Below are positions 39,101 through 50,000 of a DNA stretch of 64,000 bases, in pieces. This stretch comes from Lama glama. Its lineage: Eukaryota. The DNA lies in NCBI GenBank assembly GCA_028534125.1, contig CM052818.1, forward strand, positions 46,564,001 through 46,628,000. Direction: 5' to 3'. The first letter of the stretch is position 1. Each line of letters begins with the position of its first letter. The translations under genes were made by a program, and so were the position numbers. The notes under the pieces were generated by a model, which made no database searches, was not told the DNA's origin, and was given only the letters and a program-made list of their open reading frames with translations.

Positions 39101-39561
39101 AAGAAATGTAAACGCTGTTCATTGTTAAAAAAAAAATAGTGTCCGTGAAATTCCTAGAATTTGGAAAATAGGGAAAAAGCACAATGGAAAAAGTAAGTCG
39201 TGTGTGTTTGTGTAATCATGTAAAATCCACTACCTAAAGTTTTTAATGTTAACATTTTTGTGTAGTCGTACCTATACATCTATGTTTTAGAATTTTTAAA
39301 ATTTACTGACAGTCCTGAAAATACCTGAAAATTTCCAATGTGATCTGAGCCATAAACTGGCAGCAGTCATTAGAGATAAGGCTGGAGGTTTCATACTGTG
39401 AGACCATGCAGGCTTTAAATGCTAAGCTCCACGCAGTTTGTGATTTTTGACAGAGTTACAGGGTGAATGCTGCATTCAGGAGGAATATTCTGGCAATTCT
39501 ATGTAAAACGAAGTATAGGGAGCATGGATTAAGTGCATGAAATCCTGTCTCACGCTTGCAG

Positions 39562-39754
39562 ATGGCAGTTATTCAGAAGCTCTTGGTCTGTGGGCTCTCC
39601 TTGTTTTTTCACCTGACCGTCTCAAGAACGTTGCCAGTGGAATACAACATTGATGAGCGTTTCCAAGCTACAGCTTCGTGGCCGACAAAGGTTGTCTATC
39701 TGTATGTCTCTATTTTGGCTGCAAGACCCAAATACTACTTTGCATGGACGTTGG
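39562..39754 (+). CDS. MBOAT2: MBOAT2 coding exon 8, 193 nt
   Basis: TTGCAG acceptor; GTGAGT donor at 39755. Translates MAVIQKLLVCGLSLFFHLTVSRTLPVEYNIDERFQATASWPTKVVYLYVSILAARPKYYFAWTL(A), including the RxKYYFAW motif. Confidence 0.97.
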
Positions 39755-40029
39755 GTGAGTAACACGTGAACAGACTTCTCCGTTAGCACGTGGAGGCGTC
39801 CTCCCCAGTAGGTGGCCCTGAGAGTGCCCTCCTGAGGACACGCAGTTAGAGGCCAATGAGAGAAGCTAGGGCCGCCTATGCAGAAGAAATAAACCTCAGT
39901 GCTCATATCCCACATACAAGGAGGTAGCCTCAAAACTGTTAGGAGGTCCTAAATACTGGATCAAGGCCCGTTTTATTATAATATCAGATAAAAGTGAGAA
40001 TAAAGTTACTTTATTTAAGAATAAAAGCT

Positions 40030-40185
40030 GTGGGGAGGGTATAGCTCAATTGGTAGAGTACAAGCTTAGCATGTATGAGGTCCTGGGTTCAATTCCCAGC
40101 ACCTCCGTTAAGTAAGTAAATAAATAAACCTAATTACCTCCCCCCTCGAAAAAACAAACAAAAAAGATTTTTTTAAATTAAAAAA
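40030..40185 (+). mobile_element. tRNA-derived SINE, copy 5
   Basis: A/B boxes and tail motif present. Perfect 13-bp TSD AAGAATAAAAGCT at 40017-40029 and 40186-40198. Confidence 0.9.
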
Positions 40186-40374
40186 AAGAATAAAAGCTAA
40201 TAGGATATGATAACATACATCTTCTGGGAGAACATGGTAGTTTATTACATAGGTCTTTTTTTTTTTTGGCTTATAGTTATTTTTATTACTACAAGTTCCA
40301 TAATAAAAATCCCACTTGAACTTCTGATTTTAGTTATCTGTGTCTTAATCCTTGTCTCCCTCTGTGTGCCACAG

Positions 40375-40478
40375 CGGACGCCATCAATAATGCTGCCGGC
40401 TTTGGTTTCAGAGGCTATGACAAAAACGGAGCGGCTCGTTGGGACCTAATTTCCAATCTGAGAATTCAGCAGATAGAG
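40375..40478 (+). CDS. MBOAT2: MBOAT2 coding exon 9, 104 nt
   Basis: CCACAG acceptor; GTTAGT donor at 40479. Translates (A)DAINNAAGFGFRGYDKNGAARWDLISNLRIQQIE. Confidence 0.96.
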
Positions 40479-40599
40479 GTTAGTAAATCATTAGGAAGTT
40501 GATTACCATATGACACTTTAAGTACTGTAGTTTGCTTTCATAGGCTAGGGTTTGATGTCCCAAGAGCGGTACTGACGGTACTGGAAGCTTTATCATAAG

Positions 40600-41820
40600 A
40601 ATCCTCATTCTTCCCTTCACCCAGTATTTATTGTTCTTCAGCCACGTGCCCAAGGCACTAGGGGTCCAGGGGATGAGATCCGAACAGTTGGGCACCCCGG
40701 GAGCTTTGATCTAGCCGGCGTTACAGGGACACAGAAAGGCTGGTTGTGATGAGAGGGGCACAGGGGACTGCAGGTTAGGAATCCACCTTAGACTAGGGGG
40801 CTCGGGGCCCTGAAGGACACAGGGTCACAGGCTGAGTCCTAAACGGTTATGAGGAGGCAGCCAGGCACTCCAGGCCGAGGGGGCGGCCTGAGGTAGCAGG
40901 GGAGGGGTGTGGTAAAACTCCTGCTGGTATACAGCGTAGGAAGTATGACTGATGAGGCTGGAGAAGTAGAGGCCGAGGCAGGCACAGTCTTAGAGGCCGC
41001 GTGAAGGGTTTTGAACTTTCTTACAAGAGCGGTGGAGCTTGCGGGTGGGTGACGTGCAGGCCCGTGAGCTGATCGCGCGTGTGTGTCAGGAGGATCGGCT
41101 ACGTCAGGTCGAAGGTGTTACCCTCGGAGGCAGTGACCTGTTGGGAGGGTGTTGTGTTAAGCCAGCATGACAGTGACCTAAACCAGGGAAGTGACAGTGG
41201 GCTGGAAAGATGTGAACACATTGGAGAGCTGTTTAAGACGGTGGTGCCTGGTGGGGCATCCAGTTCAGTCCCCTGTGACCGGCCACCGGAAGGTCATTCT
41301 CCTGCTCTGTCAGCAGGACTTGGTGATACGCTGGAATCAGCAAGAGAGGATGAGGTAGGAATCATGCCCAGGTGTCTGGTTTAATCACCTGGGTTTATGG
41401 TGGCACTGTCCACTGAGGTGAGGAACAAAGGAAAGGCACAGGTTTGAAGGGAGAGAGAATGTGTTCAAATCTCAGACTTAGTGCAGTGGTTCAGCAGGCC
41501 GGTGACGGCTGGGGCGTTAGCTGAAACTTCGGCACTTGGGATCGTAATTTGGGAACTGTCAGCACGCAGTATTTCAGATTTTGGGAGAAGCCACAAGAGT
41601 AGCTGTGAGGGACCCTGCCGGGTGGGGGAGAGACAAAAGTCCCCATCTTACCTGCTGGGTGAAGGAAGGCATGTGGGAGGGGCAGCTGGTCAGAAAACCT
41701 GGGCCTTGCTCTGCAAGCCTGTGCAAGGACTATTCCAAATGGGAGAAGGTACCAGAACTTGGAGTGACAGGTTGACAGGGAATGGATGGTGAATTGATCA
41801 GGCTGACCCCACCGCTGAAC
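40600..41820 (-). mobile_element. L2 fragment interrupted by a 68-bp insertion
   Basis: AGTATTTATTG...CCAAGGCACT start and CAGCAGGACTTGGTGAT...CCAGGTGTCTGGTTTAATCACCTGGG are antisense L2 motifs. Confidence 0.55.
41243..41310 (+). repeat. 68-bp dispersed direct repeat, copy A (partner at 42793-42860)
   Basis: 62/68 identical to copy B, ungapped, offset 1550 bp. Confidence 0.9.
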
Positions 41821-41914
41821 CTTAGTCACAGTTGGGCATTAAACACCTGCGGGCACGGTGCAGCAGGACGTACAGGCCCGCTCGGCTTCCTAGCTCTCTC
41901 TGCAGGTAGCAGGA

Positions 41915-42350
41915 GCCTGGAATATAGATAAGGAAGCGAAGCACCAGATCCAGAAATAGGGGATTCTGCAGGACACATGACCCAGTTTTCCTCAGCAAAC
42001 ACAGGGCATGGGAAAAAGAGGGGTGGAGAGGGGCTATTACAGATTGAAAGAGACTCCAGCCACATGTACCGTGGAACCTTATTTGTATTCTGATTGAGCA
42101 GGCCAACTGGGAAACCATGTTTTTAAACCATCAGGGGTATTTGAATGCAAAATGGATATTAGATGATATTAAGGAATTATTATTCATTTTGTTTTCCGAA
42201 GGTCCTTATTTATTGGACATAAATTCTAAACTATTTACGGGGGACATAAGATGTGTATATTTGCTTTGAAATATTCTTAACACTGTCAGTAATAAAATGG
42301 GGAAGGAGAGGGGAAATTGATAATTGTGGAAACTCGCTGATAAACAGATG
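41915..42350 (+). mobile_element. L1MC/ME 3' end fragment
   Basis: TGGATATTAGATGATATTAAGGAATTATTATTCATTTTG is a hallmark L1MC/ME 3' motif. Confidence 0.65.
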
Positions 42351-42792
42351 GCCATGTTCTAACCTTTTGTTCTTTATTGCCAAGTAAGGAGCCTTTGAGA
42401 CTTTTTCCCCCAATCACCTCCCCATGAAATTTTAATACAACAGATACCCTGTGTATCTGTTTATGTCCTATATGTGTATACGTGCTTTATACATAAAAAG
42501 AGTAACATTTTCTTTTGCCTCCTAAGAACCTATTTTCATCCTCAGACTTTGACAAGAATAGTGAATAACAGAGCACAGAATCTAAGACGGTAACAAGTGC
42601 AGACTGGAGGAGGGGTCATTACGCTGGGGAAGGAGAGGCCAGGTGACCAGAGGTTCCCTCTGACATCACAGGGTGGCATTAGTGGGGCAGCAAAGAGCCA
42701 CTCCTCCAGGGGCGGCAGGTCCAGGGTGCCGAGACCCCCAGGAGCCCAGGAGGGGGCGGCCGAGGAGCAAGGCAGTGAGGGAGCAAAGAGAC

Positions 42793-42860
42793 GGTGCCTG
42801 ATGGGACATCCAGTCCAGTCCCCAGTGACCGGCCACTGGAAGGTCATTCGCCTGCTCTGT
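42793..42860 (+). repeat. 68-bp dispersed direct repeat, copy B
   Basis: GGTGCCTGATGGGACATCCAGTCCAGTCCCCAGTGACCGGCCACTGGAAGGTCATTCGCCTGCTCTGT. Confidence 0.9.
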
Positions 42861-43136
42861 GAGGAATGTCTTTGGGATAATTCCGTGACAACCCTGTGGA
42901 TGTTAACACACCAGAGAAAACAGTGAGAATTCACTTACCTCGGGGACGCTCCCTGCAGTAGGCAGACCGCTGTCACAGACTGTTGCCGCACTGTGAGGAC
43001 AGCAGTACTGAGGAGCGAGCTCAGTACCCTGCCTCCGCTGGCAAGCAGTGTCCTTTCCGCACAGGAAGACGGTATCGCTTATAGTTAAAGCTTCACCATT
43101 TTGTTGGCCAAAGGAAAAAGTTCCTTTGTTTTGCAG

Positions 43137-43201
43137 ATGTCAACAAGTTTCAAGATGTTTGTGGATAACTGGAATATTCAGACAGCTCTCTGGCTGAAGA
43201 G
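43137..43201 (+). CDS. MBOAT2: MBOAT2 coding exon 10, 65 nt
   Basis: TTTTGCAG acceptor; GTAAGC donor at 43202. Translates MSTSFKMFVDNWNIQTALWLK(R), carrying the conserved MBOAT WN motif. Ends in phase 2. Confidence 0.96.
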
Positions 43202-43817
43202 GTAAGCACCTTCAGGAGCCACCATTCGCTGTGCTCGGGTCTCTGGCTCTTGTGTTGAGTTTCACTGAGTTCACATTCTCAGTTAGGTTAATGCTGTGAC
43301 TTGTGTTGACCAGAAAACACAGTTAATGTCCTCCAAAGCAGGGAACCACCGAATCTGAGAGCCATTTAGGCTTGAGTCATGCATGAATGCAGCTCGCACT
43401 GACCTCTCCGCCCACCTTCGGAGGCACCCACCAAGGTCTGAGATCACTAGCGCCCTCCCGCTCTCATTCTCCGGAGAGTTACTCAAACACAGATGTACGT
43501 GCGTCCTAGATTTTCCACAAGTTCCAGGTTTTAAATATTTCAGTACAACAGACCTTCCTACGTTGGGCACAAGATGCAGAGATGAGTAAGATGGACAGAA
43601 CAGCCCCTGCCGTCAGAGTCCCAGTCTTGTTAGAGACGTGACAGTGTCAACCACGCAGCACGCATGCGCGCATACACGCACACACTTGCCGTTCCCTGTA
43701 GTGAGAGGGAGGGAGGGAGGGAGCAGGAACAGTGGGGCACAAAGGGGAAGGAGGAGCTCGCACTGAGATTTGGGGTTAGGAGGTTGTCACGGACAAGGGG
43801 AAGGGGAGGGCAGCCCC

Positions 43818-44318
43818 NNNNNNNNNNNNNNNNNNNNNNNNNNNNNNNNNNNNNNNNNNNNNNNNNNNNNNNNNNNNNNNNNNNNNNNNNNNNNNNNNNN
43901 NNNNNNNNNNNNNNNNNNNNNNNNNNNNNNNNNNNNNNNNNNNNNNNNNNNNNNNNNNNNNNNNNNNNNNNNNNNNNNNNNNNNNNNNNNNNNNNNNNNN
44001 NNNNNNNNNNNNNNNNNNNNNNNNNNNNNNNNNNNNNNNNNNNNNNNNNNNNNNNNNNNNNNNNNNNNNNNNNNNNNNNNNNNNNNNNNNNNNNNNNNNN
44101 NNNNNNNNNNNNNNNNNNNNNNNNNNNNNNNNNNNNNNNNNNNNNNNNNNNNNNNNNNNNNNNNNNNNNNNNNNNNNNNNNNNNNNNNNNNNNNNNNNNN
44201 NNNNNNNNNNNNNNNNNNNNNNNNNNNNNNNNNNNNNNNNNNNNNNNNNNNNNNNNNNNNNNNNNNNNNNNNNNNNNNNNNNNNNNNNNNNNNNNNNNNN
44301 NNNNNNNNNNNNNNNNNC
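43818..44318. other. Assembly gap (501 N), inferred to hide MBOAT2 exon 11
   Basis: Run of Ns. The flanking exons are phase-incompatible (phase 2 end, phase 0 start), and no SAxWHG-coding segment is visible on either side of the gap. Confidence 0.9.
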
Positions 44319-44426
44319 CAGCAATGATGAGAGTTTCCCTTACTCCACATCCTTGAAACAGTTGATACAGTCAGTGTAATTTTATAAGCAGTGTTAAAGA
44401 GAAATTTTTTTGTTTCTTTATTTCAG

Positions 44427-44578
44427 ATGAGAAATAACTTTCGACATCATTTCATCAAAACTCCCCAACTGAAGTTACTGTACGATATCATAACATGGGT
44501 AGTAACTCAAGTGGCAGTAAGTTACACGGTCTTGCCCTTTGTACTTCTTTCTATAAAACCGTCGTTCATGTTTTACAG
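44427..44578 (+). CDS. MBOAT2: MBOAT2 coding exon 12, 152 nt
   Basis: TTTCAG acceptor; GTAAGT donor at 44579. Translates MRNNFRHHFIKTPQLKLLYDIITWVVTQVAVSYTVLPFVLLSIKPSFMFY(S). Confidence 0.96.
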
Positions 44579-44869
44579 GTAAGTGTTACTCTTAAAAAGA
44601 TGCCAGTGGAAATTATTTTTAAGAGAAAGCTTCTTACTATCGGGTAGAATAGGAAAATAGTACCCTAATGTATTTCCTGCAGTTAAATGCATTATCGGTT
44701 ACTTTTAAATCTTAAACCAAGTAGTCTCAGGGTTTTTCTGGAAGGAGTCACAGCCCTCAGACCTCAGACGAGAGCGTGACCTAGAGGAAGGAGTAGCAGC
44801 CGGGTAACCGCTGCTTAGAATCCCTCAAAGGTTTCACTGCAACGTGGAGCTGTTCTTTCCAGAGCTTGG

Positions 44870-44980
44870 ATGTTAAGTGGATTATTGTGACCATCTGGCA
44901 GTATATACATATGTTGAATCATTTAATTGTACACCTGTAGCTAATACAGTGTTACGTGTCAGTTATATCTCAATTAAAAA
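44870..44980 (+). mobile_element. Short L1 3' terminus
   Basis: TTGTACACCTGTAGCTAATACAGTGTTACGTGTCAGTTATATCTCAATTAAAAA. Confidence 0.65.
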
Positions 44981-46284
44981 GAGCCGTCAGGCTAGCTTTG
45001 GCCCTAGGCCGTGGTTTGCTCGCCCTTCCTCTAGAGCCAAGGATTAGGAGTTTATCTGTTAAAGCAGAGGCTTCAGAGTCACTGGGGATATTTTGGGGGC
45101 TGAAGTAAGATGTATCTTCTGATAGTCACGAGTAACTGTTGGTACAGTCCGTGGACCAAGAGTTCAGGCTATCAGACTGCTGACTCTGAAAAAAAAAATG
45201 TAAAAAGGATGAACAATAAGGAATATGAGAAAGCAGTTTTAAGAAAGAAAAAATGTAGCTTGTTCTTTACAAGGAATTATTCTCTTAATTTCTTTGATCA
45301 AAAGATAATAAATTACTTATATTTCATTTAGTGGTTCCCTTTTCACTCTTCTGTGTCTCACTGGTACTTTGTCATCTCTGCATGACAGAAATTATTGTCT
45401 TGAATTCCATATTTTGTTTATGTTTATCTCCTCGCCCTCCCCCACCAAATTCCACCCTCCCCACTTAGATACTGGTATCTTTGAGATCGGAAACTTTTTT
45501 TCTTTCATAAATTCTTCATTACCCCAGCATTTAGAATGGCAGCACAGAGTATGTGGTCAAAAAATTGTTGAACTAAATCTGACAGTAATTGTACAGAAAG
45601 ACATAAGTAACTTCTGCTAGAATTTCCATCTTAGTAGGATTTATTGTGTATGTTTAAATGCAGTTGGAGTATCCATCCCGGATACTTTGTGCACAGGCAC
45701 TCCCGCTTACAGTTGTAGAAGCCGTTTAGGTCACATTTGCTTTGTGTTTAATTTGGGGCATGATGCTTCTAGTAATATTTTCAATAGCGTGACCTTTATT
45801 TCATGACAGTCACCATCAAGAAGCAGGACCGCTTATCTGTCACTCACATCAGTGGAGTGTTTGTGACTTAATTAGGGGCAGTAAGTAGCAGGTCAGGCTG
45901 TTCCTGTCCCTTTACCGCCTGCATTCTCTTGCTTTGCTCAGTATTTGATTCTGTGGCTTTGAGAGATCTTTTTCAGATCAGTATTAAGAAGTACCTTTTT
46001 GTTTTTGTTCTCTTTAGTCGTGGCCTTATGACCCTGACAAAGGAATGTAATATGATGTGTAGTATTGTGCTTCTAAGTGGCCTGGGTTTATGGAGTGCTT
46101 TATAAATACCCAGTGGCCTATGTTGCTAGAGTTTCACCTGAGGGGTGTGGATAAGAGAATAATGCCGGAAATATACTCACCCTAAGAGGGGCTTGTGACA
46201 TCTTGACCAGCGGGCAGTTATTAAGGACTGTTAATGATCAGAATTTAATAAAGTAAGCTTTTCTTTTCCTTTTTTTTTTTTTAG

Positions 46285-46510
46285 CCATTGGTATTACTGC
46301 CTTCACATCGCTAGTATCTTAGTATTATTGTTGTTGCCGCTGAAAAAAACTCAAAGAGGAAAGAAGACACATGAAGATGTTCAGCTGTCACGATCCAAAA
46401 AGTTTGATGAAGGAGAACATTCTTTGGGGCAGAACAGTTTTTCCACAGCAAACAATGTTTGCAGTCAGAATCAAGAAGTAGCCTCTAGACATTCATCATT
46501 AAAGCAATGA
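46285..46510 (+). CDS. MBOAT2: MBOAT2 last coding exon 13 (226 coding nt including TGA stop)
   Basis: Long T tract + TAG acceptor. Translates (S)HWYYCLHIASILVLLLLPLKKTQRGKKTHEDVQLSRSKKFDEGEHSLGQNSFSTANNVCSQNQEVASRHSSLKQ*, the MBOAT2 C-terminus. Confidence 0.97.
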
Positions 46511-47043
46511 TGGAGAAAACACTCTGATGGCTATTTTTGTATGTTAACAGAAACCAGTCTTAGCACCTTTCAAGGGATTTGTGTCTGTTTGAAAAGAGAT
46601 TATGTCGGGGGGAAATCAGGCAGTTACAGGTAGGGAATTCCCTGTATCCCAGATTGGAAATGGAATGAAATAACCCCTCCCATGCCATGTCCCTGTGGGC
46701 CACGCCTTATATGAAAACATTTCCATTATTTCAATGGGCACTCAGGACCTCAGCATATGTCCACACGGTCATATGTGTGCCCTGTTGCTGAATGTATGTT
46801 GCGTATCCCAAGGCACTGAAGAGGTGGAAAAATAATTGTGTCAATCTGGATGGTTGAGAAAAATTAACTTTTCCAAATGAATGTCTTGCCTTAAACCTTC
46901 TATTCCCTAAAATATTGTCCCTAAATGGTATTTTCAAGTGGGATATTGTGAGAACACTGTTTCAATATTTGATGTTGTGTGTCGCACAGGATTTCCGGAG
47001 GAATTTAAACAGGATATTTAAGATGGCGGATACTTTAAAATGC

Positions 47044-47049
47044 AATAAA
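47044..47049 (+). terminator. Candidate proximal polyadenylation signal
   Basis: First AATAAA I found after the stop codon, ~530 nt downstream. Confidence 0.35.
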
Positions 47050-50000
47050 TAGCTCACTATTTGAAGGGTTTTCTTAAAGTATCTCAAATGACTGCGGTCT
47101 GTAGGGAAACGGTAAACAGTAATGGACGGCAAATTGTAGGAACCTTATTTTCCTGGAGAGCTTAATTACCCTGTGTCAGGCAGAGAGCCCTTCAGGGGAA
47201 GATTTCTTCAGTATAATCAAAGATTGATGATGTGATATTTTAAGCTTGTTTTCTTAAAATAGAGAAAGAAGATGGCAGAGGAAGGCGGGCAGGCATGAAT
47301 GAAGCAGGCGCTCCGTGGGCGCGGCGGGGACGGGCCCCCACAGGTGCCAGGTCTCCGCACAAGCACGTCCCCCCGGTTTATATGAGTTATTTGCAATTAT
47401 GTAAGACATGAAAGTTGAATAGCTTTTTACTATGTTGGACTTGTGAAAGAAATTTATCAAGCGTAAGTTATATAGTATTATAAAAAGCATTATGAAAATA
47501 ATAGTGGGAGATTGCTTGAAGGTTTTGAAAGAGAAATCTTGGAATTAGCTTACTCTCGAGCTAATCACTGCTTTATCCTTGACATTTATATTGGTATTTG
47601 GGAAAAGTTTTAGGAAAATGGAAACTTATGATCATTAGGTCTGAACCACATTTTTAGAGAATGATACAGTTTCCAAACTCTTCTCACATAAAAATTCTAC
47701 CATTCACTCTTATTAATGAGTTTTAGATTCTGAAAGTAGGAAAATGCACTTTGACCTCATGGGCCATTTTCACCGTAATTAATTTCATCTTGAATTGCTA
47801 GACGTCTCATTTTACTCCTTTTTCCCCACAGTCTTGTGATGCTGCAGGAGCTGAAGGCAGGGTGGAGGGGGTCATGCCAGCCTGGGGTGGGGCCACAGCC
47901 ACAGAGGGGACATCCTGGTCCAAGAGAGGGAAGGATGGGCGGGGCCTTCTGAATTCACTGTTATGCCACCCATTTTCTGTGGAAGTTCTTTTCGTTTTGC
48001 CTTAAATTTTTCATGAAATGCAAATTGTCTGTCTATGGTGAGTCTCTTTTTTTTTTATCATTAATAAATTTGCAAATGAAGTTACGGACAGAACCGCTCT
48101 GGTTTAAGCTGTGTAGTACTTCATTTCAAGACAAAAGGAAAGGCAAAATACATGGAACTTTTGAGGTCTAACCAGCAAAAATAGCAGTGCATCTTCCTAG
48201 AACTTTAGTAATATCTTAGCCTTTGTTTATATGAAATGTTTTTATTTTTCTAAAGGTAAATTTTTTCCACCTGACGGTGTTAGCCATGCTGTTACCTCCC
48301 AGGAAAGGACAGATTGCTAAATTCCTTTCCTCTATTTTCCCCGGCACTGAAATTAAGCTGTGGGATGTGGAGAGTGGCCCCCACAGTGTCTCCTCAATTT
48401 AATTAATGCTGCAGAGAATCTGGCTACTGTTAAGAAAAAGTCAACAAGTTTAGAGGTTAAAAGACAAGTCTAGGCATGTCGTAAGTGCAAACAAGAAAGT
48501 GTAATAAAACCTTTTTTTTTGTTCAGCCTACCTAGCCCTTACCGAATAATCATGATTTATTTCTACTACCTGACTACATTTGATTTCTCAGTCTGTACAC
48601 CTAAAATAACTTATTTATGTTTTTTGCTCAATGAATGTAATCAAAGCAAGATGATTGATGAATTTTCCAATTATGTTGAAGACAATACGTTATAGATACA
48701 GTTGACGGCTTTCCATTATCTGGATTGTCTGGGGTTTGTGGGGTTTTTTGTTTTGTTTTTGGTATGAAATAGGTTTTGAATACCTTTTCTTTAATTTTGG
48801 AGAAATTACAATCACAAGTATGCAATCTTGGAGAAAAACTGAAGAACTAATTCTAATCCTCAGCTTGACTTTTCTCCTCGAGAAGAGACCTTGTGCTTTA
48901 GAAAATGAATATACCCACTTGGAGCGTTGTAAGGGTTAATACGTTACTTCTAATTACAGTAGGAGAATTGAAAACTGGTACAGCTCTGCGATGCTAAGTT
49001 TAAAGGGATTCGTTGTAATATGCGCTTCTTGCTTCTTTTTTAATCAACAGAATAGGATTCAGTGTGTATTTAAAGTTACTGTTTCTCCACTCTTCAGTTG
49101 TCATGGAACCACTCCAGAAATGATCGATCAATATCATTTTTATATTTTTACTTAATTATTATACTACTCAGGGAGAAAATGAACAAAAATAATTATCTTT
49201 CCCTCATTTTATTTTCTTGAAACAGTAAGTTAATTTATTTTGACATATCTCAGCTGTCACCATTTTCCAACTGGCTTATTCTTGGTTTTTAAAAGAAGCA
49301 TTTTTTTTAATTGGAACTCGGGATGACTGAGGAAATTGACTTGGCTTCTAAAGTGCCCAGCGTAACAGAGGAGGTGTATTTGGCTTCAGAAACGTCCAGC
49401 CACCGCGTATACTGCCACCATACTCTTGGTTAAAAAGTATTTTTTAAATTGATTCCCACCATGGATAACATTCACATAGAGGATTTCCACAGATACCAGT
49501 TTTGAGGGAAAAATGCAGTAAAAAGAATGGTTTTTAAAAGTGAAGGTCACACACATTGAAGCACCAGTTGTCCTGGGAAGAGCTCTGGGTGTTCACCTGG
49601 CTCTGTCATCGGTGAGCCTGGTGACCTGGACAAGTCCCCTGTCCTCCAGATGAACCTTGCTGTGAAGCCCAAGGGTTAGTTCCAGAAGCTCATGACCAGT
49701 GTGTTTGTAAGGAGTGGAAGCCATTAGCAAGCTCTGTCAGAGCCACACGCAAGGGCGGATTCACAGGCAGGATCGTCTTCTTGGTCATTTACTTTTACTA
49801 CTTGAGCTCAAAGCCCTGACTTTTCAAAAGTGTTTTGAGGCAACAAGAAAACCTCTCAATCCATTAAATCAGAAGTGTGGCAACAAACCCTTTCTAGTGA
49901 ACGTAGTGTTAAATGGAATCTTTAAATTAAATAATGAAATAGTCTCCACTGGAAAAATATTTTCTCCTTTTACTTTTTCTGCTTTTTTGGTTTCTGTTTG

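Noticed and set aside
40032..40107. tRNA-Ala(AGC) gene (similarly at 14757, 25787 and 32446)
   Set aside because: The tRNA-like head has stem mismatches, a shared non-tRNA tail, an A-rich end and TSDs, so these are SINEs rather than tRNA genes.
43664..44356. The longest ORFs in the track (182-230 aa)
   Set aside because: They are artefacts of translating through the N gap.
20544..46510. MBOAT2 as a pseudogene
   Set aside because: All nine visible exons have intact frames and GT-AG sites; the only discontinuity coincides with the assembly gap.
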